64,000 nt of DNA from Auanema rhodensis (Eukaryota; Animalia; Nematoda): the NCBI GenBank assembly GCA_964057225.1, contig CAXKVF010000076.1:372001-436000 (forward strand), read 5' to 3'. This document shows positions 1 to 15,000 of this stretch, piece by piece; position 1 is the first letter of the stretch, and every line of letters starts with the position of its first letter. Under the pieces are notes generated by a model that was not told the DNA's origin, did no database searches, and was given only the letters and a program-made list of their open reading frames with translations. A program made the position numbers and the translations under genes.

Positions 1-3000
1 TGTACATTTAATTAGCATAAATTAAAGTTCACGTAAATTTCAAAGTCATGGTTACCATGCACCAATATCAATAAAAATTTGTTTTTAGACTAATATGGAC
101 ATGAGGAATCTAATTTTGAAAACCGCATCTCTTTGTCTTTCACGTGAAGCGAGTTACATACCAAGTGCACATCACGTGTACATTTAATTAGCATAAATTA
201 AAGTTCACGTAAATTTCAAAGTCATGGTTACCATGCACCAATATCAATAAAAATTCGTTTTTAGACTAATATGGACATGGGGAATCTAATTTTGAAAACC
301 GCATCTCTTTATCTTTCACGTGAAGCGAGTTACATACCAAGTGCACATCACGTGTACATTTAATTAGCATAAATTAAAGTTCACGTAAATTTCAAAGTCG
401 TGGTTACCATACACCAATATCAATAAAAATTCGTTTTTAGACTAATATGGACATGGGGAATCTAACTTTGAAAACCGCATCTCTTTATCTTTCACGTGAA
501 GCGAGTTACATACCAAGTGCACATCACGTGTACATTTAATTAGCATAAATTAAAGTTCACGTAAATTTCAAAGTCATGGTTACCATGCACCAATATCAAT
601 AAAAATTTGTTTTTAGACTAATATGGACATGAGGAATCTAATTTTGAAAACCGCATCTCTTTATCTTTCACGTGAAGCGAGTTACATACCAAGTGCACAT
701 CACGTGTACATTTAATTAGCATAAATTAAAGTTCACGTAAATTTCAAAGTCATGGTTACCATGCACCAATATAAATAAAAATTTGTTTTTAGACTAATAT
801 GGACATGAGCAATCTAATTTTGAGAACCGCATCTCTTTATCTTTCACGTGAAGCGAGTTACATTACAAGTGCACATCACGTGTACATTTAATTAGCATAA
901 ATTAAAGTTCACGTAAATTTCAAAGTCATGGTTACCATGCACCAATATCAATAAAAATTTGTTTTTAGACTAATATGGACATGGGGAATCTAATTTTGAA
1001 AACCGCATCTCTTTATCTTTCACGTGAAGCGAGTTACATACCAAGTGCACATCACGTGTACATTTAATTAGCATAAATTAAAGTTCACGTAAATTTCAAA
1101 GTCATGGTTACCATGAACCAATATCAATAAAAATTTGTTTTTAGACTAATATGGACATGAGGAATCTAATTTTGAAAACCGCATCTCTTTATCTTTCACG
1201 TGAAGCGAGTTACATACCAAGTGCACATCACGTGTACATTTAATTAGCATAAATTAAAGTTCACGTAAATTTCAAAGTCATGGTTACCATGCACCAATAT
1301 CAATAAAAATTTGTTTTTAGACTAATATGGACATGTGGAATCAAATTTTGAAAACCGCATCTCTTTATCTTTCACGTGAAGCGAGTTACATACCAAGTGC
1401 ACATCACGTGTACATTTAATTAGCATAAATTAAAGTTCACGTAAATTTCAAAGTCATGGTTACCATGAACCAATATCAATAAACATTTGTTTTTTGACTA
1501 ATATGGACATGGGGAATCTAATTTTGAAAACCGCATCTCTTTATCTTTCATGTGAAGCGAGTTACATACCAAGTGCACATCACGTGTACATTTAATTAGC
1601 ATAAATTAAAGTTCACGTAAAATTCAAAGTCATGGTTACCATGCACCAATATCAATAAAAATTTGTTTTTAGACTAATATGGACATGAGGAATCTAATTT
1701 TGAAAACCGCATCTCTTTATCTTTCACGTGAAGCGAGTTACATACCAAGTGCACATCACGTGTACATTTAATTAGCATAAATTAAAGTTCACGTAAATTT
1801 CAAAGTCATGGTTACCATGCACCAATATCAATAAAAATTTGTTTTTAGACTAATATGGACATGGGGAATCTAATTTTGAAAACCGCATCTCTTTATCTTT
1901 CACGTGAAGCGAGTTACATACCAAGTGCACATCACGTGTACATTTAATTAGCATAAATTAAAGTTCACGTAAATTTCAAAGTCATGGTTACCATGCACCA
2001 ATATCAATAAAAATTTGTTTTTAGACTAATATGGACATGAGGAATCTAATTTTGAAAACCGCATCTCTTTATCTTTCACGTGAAGCGAGTTACATACCAA
2101 GTGCACATCACGTGTACATTTAATTAGCATAAATTAAAGTTCACGTAAATTTCAAAGTCATAGTTACCATGCACCAATATCAATAAAAATTTGTTTTTAG
2201 ACTAATATGGACATGAGGAATCTAATTTTGAAAACCGCATCTCTTTATCTTTCACGTGAAGCGAGTTACATACCAAGTGCACATCACGTGTACATTTAAT
2301 TAGCATAAATTAAAGTTCACGTAAATTTCAAAGTCATGGTTACCATGCACCAATATCAATAAAAATTTGTTTTTAGACTAATATGGACATGGGGAATCAA
2401 ATTTTGAAAACCGCATCTCTTTATCTTTCACGTGAAGCGAGTTACATACCAAGTGCACATCACGTGTACATTTAATTAGCATAAATTAAAGTTCACGTAA
2501 ATTTCAAAGTCATGGTTACCATGAACCAATATCAATAAACATTTGTTTTTTGACTAATATGGACATGGGGAATCTAATTTTGAAAACCGCATCTCTTTAT
2601 CTTTCATGTGAAGCGAGTTACATACCAAGTGCACATCACGTGTACATTTAATTAGCATAAATTAAAGTTCACGTAAATTTCAAAGTCATGGTTACCATGC
2701 ACCAATATCAATAAAAATTTGTTTTTAGACTAATATGGACATGGGCAATCTAAATTTGAAAACCGCATCTCTTTATCTTTCAAGTGAAGCGAGTTACATA
2801 CCAAGTGCACATCACGTGTACATTTAATTAGCATAAATTAAAGTTCACGTAAATTTCAAAGTCATGGTTACCATGCACCAATATCAATAAAAATTTGTTT
2901 TTAGACTAATATGGACATGGGGAATCTAATTTTGAAAACCGCATCTCTTTATCTTTCACGTGAAGCGAGTTACATACCAAGTGCACATCACGTGTACATT

Positions 3001-6000
3001 TAATTAGCATAAATTAAAGTTCACGTAAATTTCAAAGTCATGGTTACCATGAACCAATATCAATAAACATTTGTTTTTTGACTAATATGGACATGGGGAA
3101 TCTAATTTTGAAAACCGCATCTCTTTATCTTTCATGTGAAGCGAGTTACATACCAAGTGCACATCACGTGTACATTTAATTAGCATAAATTAAAGTTCAC
3201 GTAAATTTCAAAGTCATGGTTACCATTAACCAATATCAATAAAAATTTGTTTTTAGACTAATATGGACATGGGGAATCTAATTTTGAAAACCGCATCTCT
3301 TTATCTTTCACGTGAAGCGAGTTACATACCAAGTGCACATCACGTGTACATTTAATTAGCATAAATTAAAGTTCACGTAAATTTCAAAGTCATGGTTACC
3401 ATGCACCAATATCAATAAAAATTTGTTTTTAGACTAATATGGACATGGGGAATCTAATTTTGAAAACCGCATCTCTTTATCTTTCACGTGAAGCGAGTTA
3501 CATACCAAGTGCACATCACGTGTACATTTAATTAGCATAAATTAAAGTTCACGTAAATTTCAAAGTCATGGTTACCATGCACCAATATCAATAAAAATTC
3601 GTTTTTAGACTAATATGGACATGGGGAATCTAACTTTGAAAACCGCATCTCTTTATCTTTCACGTGAAGCGAGTTACATACCAAGTGCACATCACGTGTA
3701 CATTTAATTAGCATAAATTAAAGTTCACGTAAATTTCAAAGTCATGGTTACCATGCACCAATATCAATAAAAATTTGTTTTTAGACTAATATGGACATGA
3801 GGAATCTAATTTTGAAAACCGCATCTCTTTATCTTTCACGTGAAGCGAGTTACATACCAAGTGCACATCACGTGTACATTTAATTAGCATAAATTAAAGT
3901 TCACGTAAATTTCAAAGTCATGGTTACCATGCACCAATATCAATAAAAATTCGTTTTTAGACTAATATGGACATGAGGAATCTAATTTTGAAAACCGCAT
4001 CTCTTTATCTTTCACGTGAAGCGAGTTACATACCAAGTGCACATCACGTGTACATTTAATTAGCATAAATTAAAGTTCACGTAAATTTCAAAGTCATAGT
4101 TACCATGCACCAATATCAATAAAAATTTGTTTTTAGACTAATATGGACATGAGGAATCTAATTTTGAAAACCGCATCTCTTTATCTTTCACGTGAAGCGA
4201 GTTACATACCAAGTGCACATCACGTGTACATTTAATTAGCATAAATTAAAGTTCACGTAAATTTCAAAGTCATGGTTACCATGCACCAATATCAATAAAA
4301 ATTTGTTTTTAGACTAATATGGACATGGGCAATCTAATTTTGAAAACCGCATCTCTTTATCTTTCAAGTGAAGCGAGTTACATACCAAGTGCACATCACG
4401 TGTACATTTAATTAGCATAAATTAAAGTTCACGTAAATTTCAAAGTCATGGTTACCATGCACCAATATCAATAAAAATTTGTTTTTAGACTAATATGGAC
4501 ATGGGGAATCTAATTTTGAAAACCGCATCTCTTTATCTTTCACGTGAAGCGAGTTACATACCAAGTGCACATCACGTGTACATTTAATTAGCATAAATTA
4601 AAGTTCACGTAAATTTCAAAGTCATGGTTACCATGCACCAATATCAATAAAAATTTGTTTTTAGACTAATATGGACATGAGGAATCTAATTTTGAAAACC
4701 GCATCTCTTTATCTTTCACGTGAAGCGAGTTACATACCAAGTGCACATCACGTGTACATTTAATTAGCATAAATTAAAGTTCACGTAAATTTCAAAGTCA
4801 TGGTTACCATGAACCAATATCAATAAAAATTTGTTTTTAGACTAATATGGACATGGGGAATCTAATTTTGAAAACCGCATTTCTTTATCTTTTACGTGAA
4901 GCGAGTTACATACCAAGTGCACATCACGTGTACATTTAATTAGCATAAATTAAAGTTCACGTAAATTTCAAAGTCATGGTTACCATGCACCAATATCAAT
5001 AAAAATTTGTTTTTAGACTAATATGGACATGAGGAATCTAATTTTGAAAACCGCATCTCTTTATCTTCCACGTGAAGCGAGTTACATACCAAGTGCACAT
5101 CACGTGTACATTTAATTAGCATAAATTAAAGTTCACGTAAATTTCAAAGTCATGGTTACCATGAACCAATATCAATAAAAATTTGTTTTTAGACTAATAT
5201 ATACATGGGGAATCTAATTTTGAAAACCGCATCTCTTTATCTTTCACGTGAAGCGAGTTACATACCAAGTGCACATCACGTGTACATTTAATTAGCATAA
5301 ATTAAAGTTCAAGTAAATTTCAAAGTCATGGTTACCATGCACCAATATCAATAAAAATCTGTTTTTAGACTAATATGGACATGGGGAATCTAATTTTGAA
5401 AACCGCATCTCTTTATCTTTCACGTGAAGCGAGTTACATACCAAGTGCACATCACGTGTACATTTAATTAGCATAAATTAAAGTTCACGTAAATTTCAAA
5501 GTCATGGTTACCATGCACCAATATCAATAAAAATTTGTTTTTAGACTAATATGGACATGGGGAATCTAATTTTGAAAACCGCATCTCTTTATCTTTCACG
5601 TGAAGCGAGTTACATATCAAGTGCACATCACGTGTACATTTAATTAGCATGAATTAAAGTTCACGTAAATTTCAAAGTCATGGTTACCATTAACCAATAT
5701 CAATAAAAATTTGTTTTTAGACTAATATGGACATGGGGAATCTAATTTTGAAAACCGCATCTCTTTATCTTTCACGTGAAGCGAGTTACATACCAAGTGC
5801 ACATCACGTGTACATTTAATTAGCATAAATTAAAGTTCACGTAAATTTCAAAGTCATGGTTACCATGAACCAATATCAATAAAAATCTATTTTAAACTAA
5901 TATGGACATGGGGAATCTAATTTTGAAAACCGCATCTCTTTATCTTCCACGTGAAGCGAGTTACATACCAAGTGCACATCACGTGTACATTTAATTAGCA

Positions 6001-9000
6001 TAAATTAAAGTTCACGTAAATTTCAAAGTCATGGTTACCATGAACCAATATCAATAAAAATTTGTTTTTAGACTAATATGGACATGAGGAATCTAATTTT
6101 GAAAACCGCATCTCTTTATCTTTCACGTGAAGCGAGTTACATACCAAGTGCACATCACGTGTACATTTAATTAGCATAAATTAAAGTTCACTTAAATTTC
6201 AAAGTCATGGTTACCATGAACCAATATCAATAAAAATTTGTTTTTAGACTAATATGGACATGGGGAATCTAATTTTGAAAACCGCATCTCTTTATCTTTC
6301 ACGTCAAGCGAGTTACATACCAAGTGCACATCACGTGTACATTTAATTAGCATAAATTAAAGTTCACGTAAATTTCAAAGTCATGGTTACCATGAACCAA
6401 TATCAATAAAAATTTGTTTTTAGACTAATATGGACATGAGGAATCTAATTTTGAAAACCGCATCTCTTTATCTTTCAAGTGAAGCGAGTTACATACCAAG
6501 TGCACATCACGTGTACATTTAATTAGCATAAATTAAAGTTCACTTAAATTTCAAAGTCATGGTTACCATGAACCAATATCAATAAAAATTTGTTTTTAGA
6601 CTAATATGGACATGGGGAATCTAATTTTGAAAACCGCATCTCTTTATCTTTCACGTCAAGCGAGTTACATACCAAGTGCACATCACGTGTACATTTAATT
6701 AGCATAAATTAAAGTTCACGTAAATTTCAAAGTCATGGTTACCATGCACCAATATCAATAAAAATCTGTTTTTAGACTAATATGGACATGGGGAATCTAA
6801 TTTTGAAAACCGCATCTCTTTATCTTTCACGTGAAGCGAGTTACATACCAAGTGCACATCACGTGTACATTTAATTAGCATAAATTAAAGTTCACGTAAA
6901 TTTCAAAGTCATGGTTACCATGAACCAATATCAATAAACATTTGTTTTTAGACTAATATGGACATGAGGAATCTAATTTTGAAAACCGCATCTCTTTATC
7001 TTTCACGTGAAGCGAGTTACATACCAAGTGCACATCACGTGTACATTTAATTAGCATAAATTAAAGTTCACGTAAATTTCAAAGTCATGGTTACCATGCA
7101 CCAATATCAATAAAAATTTGTTTTTAGACTAATATGGACATGGGGAATCTAATTTTGAAAACCGCATCTCTTTATCTTTCACGTGAAGCGAGTTACATAC
7201 CAAGTGCACATCACGTGTACATTTAATTAGCATAAATTAAAGTTCACGTAAATTTCAAAGTCATGGTTACCATGCACCAATATCAATAAAAATTCGTTTT
7301 TAGACTAATATGGAAATGGGGAATCTAACTTTGAAAACCGCATCTCTTTATCTTTCACGTGAAGCGAGTTACATACCAAGTGCACATCACGTGTACATTT
7401 AATTAGCATAAATTAAAGTTCACGTAAATTTCAAAGTCATGGTTACCATGCACCAATATCAATAAAAATTTGTTTTTAGACTAATATGGACATGAGGAAT
7501 CTAATTTTGAAAACCGCATCTCTTTATCTTTCACGTGAAGCGAGTTACATACCAAGTGCACATCACGTGTACATTTAATTAGCATAAATTAAAGTTCACG
7601 TAAATTTCAAAGTCATGGTTACCATGCACCAATATCAATAAAAATTCGTTTTTAGACTAATATGGACATGAGGAATCTAATTTTGAAAACCGCATCTCTT
7701 TATCTTTCACGTGAAGCGAGTTACATACCAAGTGCACATCACGTGTACATTTAATTAGCATAAATTAAAGTTCACGTAAATTTCAAAGTCATAGTTACCA
7801 TGCACCAATATCAATAAAAATTTGTTTTTAGACTAATATGGACATGAGGAATCTAATTTTGAAAACCGCATCTCTTTATCTTTCACGTGAAGCGAGTTAC
7901 ATACCAAGTGCACATCACGTGTACATTTAATTAGCATAAATTAAAGTTCACGTAAATTTCAAAGTCATGGTTACCATGCACCAATATCAATAAAAATTTG
8001 TTTTTAGACTAATATGGACATGGGCAATCTAATTTTGAAAACCGCATCTCTTTATCTTTCAAGTGAAGCGAGTTACATACCAAGTGCACATCACGTGTAC
8101 ATTTAATTAGCATAAATTAAAGTTCACGTAAATTTCAAAGTCATGGTTACCATGCACCAATATCAATAAAAATTTGTTTTTAGACTAATATGGACATGGG
8201 GAATCTAATTTTGAAAACCGCATCTCTTTATCTTTCACGTGAAGCGAGTTACATACCAAGTGCACATCACGTGTACATTTAATTAGCATAAATTAAAGTT
8301 CACGTAAATTTCAAAGTCATGGTTACCATGCACCAATATCAATAAAAATTTGTTTTTAGACTAATATGGACATGAGGAATCTAATTTTGAAAACCGCATC
8401 TCTTTATCTTTCACGTGAAGCGAGTTACATACCAAGTGCACATCACGTGTACATTTAATTAGCATAAATTAAAGTTCACGTAAATTTCAAAGTCATGGTT
8501 ACCATGAACCAATATCAATAAAAATTTGTTTTTAGACTAATATGGACATGGGGAATCTAATTTTGAAAACCGCATTTCTTTATCTTTTACGTGAAGCGAG
8601 TTACATACCAAGTGCACATCACGTGTACATTTAATTAGCATAAATTAAAGTTCACGTAAATTTCAAAGTCATGGTTACCATGCACCAATATCAATAAAAA
8701 TTTGTTTTTAGACTAATATGGACATGAGGAATCTAATTTTGAAAACCGCATCTCTTTATCTTCCACGTGAAGCGAGTTACATACCAAGTGCACATCACGT
8801 GTACATTTAATTAGCATAAATTAAAGTTCACGTAAATTTCAAAGTCATGGTTACCATGAACCAATATCAATAAAAATTTGTTTTTAGACTAATATATACA
8901 TGGGGAATCTAATTTTGAAAACCGCATCTCTTTATCTTTCACGTGAAGCGAGTTACATACCAAGTGCACATCACGTGTACATTTAATTAGCATAAATTAA

Positions 9001-12000
9001 AGTTCAAGTAAATTTCAAAGTCATGGTTACCATGCACCAATATCAATAAAAATCTGTTTTTAGACTAATATGGACATGGGGAATCTAATTTTGAAAACCG
9101 CATCTCTTTATCTTTCACGTGAAGCGAGTTACATACCAAGTGCACATCACGTGTACATTTAATTAGCATAAATTAAAGTTCACGTAAATTTCAAAGTCAT
9201 GGTTACCATGCACCAATATCAATAAAAATTTGTTTTTAGACTAATATGGACATGGGGAATCTAATTTTGAAAACCGCATCTCTTTATCTTTCACGTGAAG
9301 CGAGTTACATATCAAGTGCACATCACGTGTACATTTAATTAGCATGAATTAAAGTTCACGTAAATTTCAAAGTCATGGTTACCATTAACCAATATCAATA
9401 AAAATTTGTTTTTAGACTAATATGGACATGGGGAATCTAATTTTGAAAACCGCATCTCTTTATCTTTCACGTGAAGCGAGTTACATACCAAGTGCACATC
9501 ACGTGTACATTTAATTAGCATAAATTAAAGTTCACGTAAATTTCAAAGTCATGGTTACCATGAACCAATATCAATAAAAATCTATTTTAAACTAATATGG
9601 ACATGGGGAATCTAATTTTGAAAACCGCATCTCTTTATCTTCCACGTGAAGCGAGTTACATACCAAGTGCACATCACGTGTACATTTAATTAGCATAAAT
9701 TAAAGTTCACGTAAATTTCAAAGTCATGGTTACCATGAACCAATATCAATAAAAATTTGTTTTTAGACTAATATGGACATGAGGAATCTAATTTTGAAAA
9801 CCGCATCTCTTTATCTTTCACGTGAAGCGAGTTACATACCAAGTGCACATCACGTGTACATTTAATTAGCATAAATTAAAGTTCACTTAAATTTCAAAGT
9901 CATGGTTACCATGAACCAATATCAATAAAAATTTGTTTTTAGACTAATATGGACATGGGGAATCTAATTTTGAAAACCGCATCTCTTTATCTTTCACGTC
10001 AAGCGAGTTACATACCAAGTGCACATCACGTGTACATTTAATTAGCATAAATTAAAGTTCACGTAAATTTCAAAGTCATGGTTACCATGAACCAATATCA
10101 ATAAAAATTTGTTTTTAGACTAATATGGACATGAGGAATCTAATTTTGAAAACCGCATCTCTTTATCTTTCAAGTGAAGCGAGTTACATACCAAGTGCAC
10201 ATCACGTGTACATTTAATTAGCATAAATTAAAGTTCACTTAAATTTCAAAGTCATGGTTACCATGAACCAATATCAATAAAAATTTGTTTTTAGACTAAT
10301 ATGGACATGGGGAATCTAATTTTGAAAACCGCATCTCTTTATCTTTCACGTCAAGCGAGTTACATACCAAGTGCACATCACGTGTACATTTAATTAGCAT
10401 AAATTAAAGTTCACGTAAATTTCAAAGTCATGGTTACCATGCACCAATATCAATAAAAATCTGTTTTTAGACTAATATGGACATGGGGAATCTAATTTTG
10501 AAAACCGCATCTCTTTATCTTTCACGTGAAGCGAGTTACATACCAAGTGCACATCACGTGTACATTTAATTAGCTTAAATTAAAGTTCACGTAAATTTCA
10601 AAGTCATGGTTACCATGCACCAATATCAATAAAAATTTGTTTTTAGACTAATATGGACATGGGGAATCTAATTTTGAAAACCGCATCTCTTTATCTTTCA
10701 CGTGAAGCGAGTTACATATCAAATGCACATCACGTGTACATTTAATTAGCATAAATTAAAGTTCACGTAAATTTCAAAGTCATGGTTACCATTAACCAAT
10801 ATCAATAAAAATTTGTTTTTAGACTAATATGGACATGGGGAATCTAATTTTGAAAACCGCATCTCTTTATCTTTCACGTGAAGCGAGTTACATACCAAGT
10901 GCACATCACGTGTACATTTAATTAGCATAAATTAAAGTTCACGTAAATTTCAAAGTCATGGTTACCATGAACCAATATCAATAAAAATTTGTTTTTAGAC
11001 TAATATGGACATGTAGAATCTAATTTTGAAAACCGCATCTCTTTATCTTTCACGTGAAGCGAGTTACATACCAAGTGCACATCACGTGTACATTTAATTA
11101 GCATAAATTAAAGTTCACGTAAATTTCAAAGTCATGGTTACCATGCACCAATATCAATAAAAATTTGTTTTTAGACTAATATGGACATGGGGAATCTAAT
11201 TTTGAAAACCGCATCTCTTTATCTTTCACGTGAAGCGAGTTACATATCAAATGCACATCACGTGTACATTTAATTAGCATAAATTAAAGTTCACGTAAAT
11301 TTCAAAGTCATGGTTACCATTAACCAATATCAATAAAAATTTGTTTTTAGACTAATATGGACATGGGGAATCTAATTTTGAAAACCGCATCTCTTTATCT
11401 TTCACGTGAAGCGAGTTACATACCAAGTGCACATCACGTGTACATTTAATTAGCATAAATTAAAGTTCACGTAAATTTCAAAGTCATGGTTACCATGAAC
11501 CAATATCAATAAAAATTTGTTTTTAGACTAATATGTACATGGGGAATCTAATTTTGAAAACCGCATCTCTTTATCTTTCACGTGAAGCGAGTTACATATC
11601 AAATGCACATCACGTGTACATTTAATTAGCATAAATTAAAGTTCAAGTAAATTTCAAAGTCATGGTTACCATGCACCAATATCAATAAAAATTTGTTTTT
11701 AGACTAATATGGACATGAGGAATCTAATTTTGAAAACCGCATCTCTTTATCTTCCACGTGAAGCGAGTTACATACCAAGTGCACATCACGTGTACATTTA
11801 ATTAGCATAAATTAAAGTTCACGTAAATTTCAAAGTCATGGTTACCATGAACCAATATCAATAAAAATTTGTTTTTAGACTAATATATACATGGGGAATC
11901 TAATTTTGAAAACCGCATCTCTTTATCTTTCACGTGAAGCGAGTTACATACCAAGTGCACATCACGTGTACATTTAATTAGCATAAATTAAAGTTCAAGT

Positions 12001-15000
12001 AAATTTCAAAGTCATGGTTACCATGCACCAATATCAATAAAAATCTGTTTTTAGACTAATATGGACATGGGGAATCTAATTTTGAAAACCGCATCTCTTT
12101 ATCTTTCACGTGAAGCGAGTTACATACCAAGTGCACATCACGTGTACATTTAATTAGCATAAATTAAAGTTCACGTAAATTTCAAAGTCATGGTTACCAT
12201 GCACCAATATCAATAAAAATTTGTTTTTAGACTAATATGGACATGGGGAATCTAATTTTGAAAACCGCATCTCTTTATCTTTCACGTGAAGCGAGTTACA
12301 TATCAAGTGCACATCACGTGTACATTTAATTAGCATGAATTAAAGTTCACGTAAATTTCAAAGTCATGGTTACCATTAACCAATATCAATAAAAATTTGT
12401 TTTTAGACTAATATGGACATGGGGAATCTAATTTTGAAAACCGCATCTCTTTATCTTTCACGTGAAGCGAGTTACATACCAAGTGCACATCACGTGTACA
12501 TTTAATTAGCATAAATTAAAGTTCACGTAAATTTCAAAGTCATGGTTACCATGAACCAATATCAATAAAAATCTATTTTAAACTAATATGGACATGGGGA
12601 ATCTAATTTTGAAAACCGCATCTCTTTATCTTCCACGTGAAGCGAGTTACATACCAAGTGCACATCACGTGTACATTTAATTAGCATAAATTAAAGTTCA
12701 CGTAAATTTCAAAGTCATGGTTACCATGAACCAATATCAATAAAAATTTGTTTTTAGACTAATATGGACATGAGGAATCTAATTTTGAAAACCGCATCTC
12801 TTTATCTTTCACGTGAAGCGAGTTACATACCAAGTGCACATCACGTGTACATTTAATTAGCATAAATTAAAGTTCACGTAAATTTCAAAGTCATGGTTAC
12901 CATGAACCAATATCAATAAAAATTTGTTTTTAGACTAATATGGACATGAGGAATCTAATTTTGAAAACCGCATCTCTTTATCTTTCAAGTGAAGCGAGTT
13001 ACATACCAAGTGCACATCACGTGTACATTTAATTAGCATAAATTAAAGTTCACTTAAATTTCAAAGTCATGGTTACCATGAACCAATATCAATAAAAATT
13101 TGTTTTTAGACTAATATGGACATGGGGAATCTAATTTTGAAAACCGCATCTCTTTATCTTTCACGTCAAGCGAGTTACATACCAAGTGCACATCACGTGT
13201 ACATTTAATTAGCATAAATTAAAGTTCACGTAAATTTCAAAGTCATGGTTACCATGCACCAATATCAATAAAAATCTGTTTTTAGACTAATATGGACATG
13301 GGGAATCTAATTTTGAAAACCGCATCTCTTTATCTTTCACGTGAAGCGAGTTACATACCAAGTGCACATCACGTGTACATTTAATTAGCTTAAATTAAAG
13401 TTCACGTAAATTTCAAAGTCATGGTTACCATGCACCAATATCAATAAAAATTTGTTTTTAGACTAATATGGACATGGGGAATCTAATTTTGAAAACCGCA
13501 TCTCTTTATCTTTCACGTGAAGCGAGTTACATATCAAATGCACATCACGTGTACATTTAATTAGCATAAATTAAAGTTCACGTAAATTTCAAAGTCATGG
13601 TTACCATTAACCAATATCAATAAAAATTTGTTTTTAGACTAATATGGACATGGGGAATCTAATTTTGAAAACCGCATCTCTTTATCTTTCACGTGAAGCG
13701 AGTTACATACCAAGTGTACATCACGTGTACATTTAATTAGCATAAATTAAAGTTCACGTAAATTTCAAAGTCATGGTTACCATGAACCAATATCAATAAA
13801 AATTTGTTTTTAGACTAATATGGACATGTAGAATCTAATTTTGAAAACCGCATCTCTTTATCTTTCACGTGAAGCGAGTTACATACCAAGTGCACATCAC
13901 GTGTACATTTAATTAGCATAAATTAAAGTTCACGTAAATTTCAAAGTCATGGTTACCATGCACCAATATCAATAAAAATTTGTTTTTAGACTAATATGGA
14001 CATGGGGAATCTAATTTTGAAAACCGCATCTCTTTATCTTTCACGTGAAGCGAGTTACATATCAAATGCACATCACGTGTACATTTAATTAGCATAAATT
14101 AAAGTTCACGTAAATTTCAAAGTCATGGTTACCATTAACCAATATCAATAAAAATTTGTTTTTAGACTAATATGGACATGGGGAATCTAATTTTGAAAAC
14201 CGCATCTCTTTATCTTTCACGTGAAGCGAGTTACATACCAAGTGCACATCACGTGTACATTTAATTAGCATAAATTAAAGTTCACGTAAATTTCAAAGTC
14301 ATGGTTACCATGAACCAATATCAATAAAAATTTGTTTTTAGACTAATATGTACATGGGGAATCTAATTTTGAAAACCGCATCTCTTTATCTTTCACGTGA
14401 AGCGAGTTACATATCAAATGCACATCACGTGTACATTTAATTAGCATAAATTAAAGTTCAAGTAAATTTCAAAGTCATGGTTACCATGCACCAATATCAA
14501 TAAAAATCTGTTTTTAGACTAATATGGACATGAGGAATCTAATTTTGAAAACCGCATCTCTTTATCTTTCAAGTGAAGCGAGTTACATACCAAGTGCACA
14601 TCACGTGTACATTTAATTAGCATAAATTAAAGTTCACTTAAATTTCAAAGTCATGGTTACCATGAACCAATATCAATAAAAATTTGTTTTTAGACTAATA
14701 TGGACATGGGGAATCTAATTTTGAAAACCGCATCTCTTTATCTTTCACGTCAAGCGAGTTACATACCAAGTGCACATCACGTGTACATTTAATTAGCATA
14801 AATTAAAGTTCACGTAAATTTCAAAGTCATGGTTACCATGCACCAATATCAATAAAAATCTGTTTTTAGACTAATATGGACATGGGGAATCTAATTTTGA
14901 AAACCGCATCTCTTTATCTTTCACGTGAAGCGAGTTACATACCAAGTGCACATCACGTGTACATTTAATTAGCTTAAATTAAAGTTCACGTAAATTTCAA

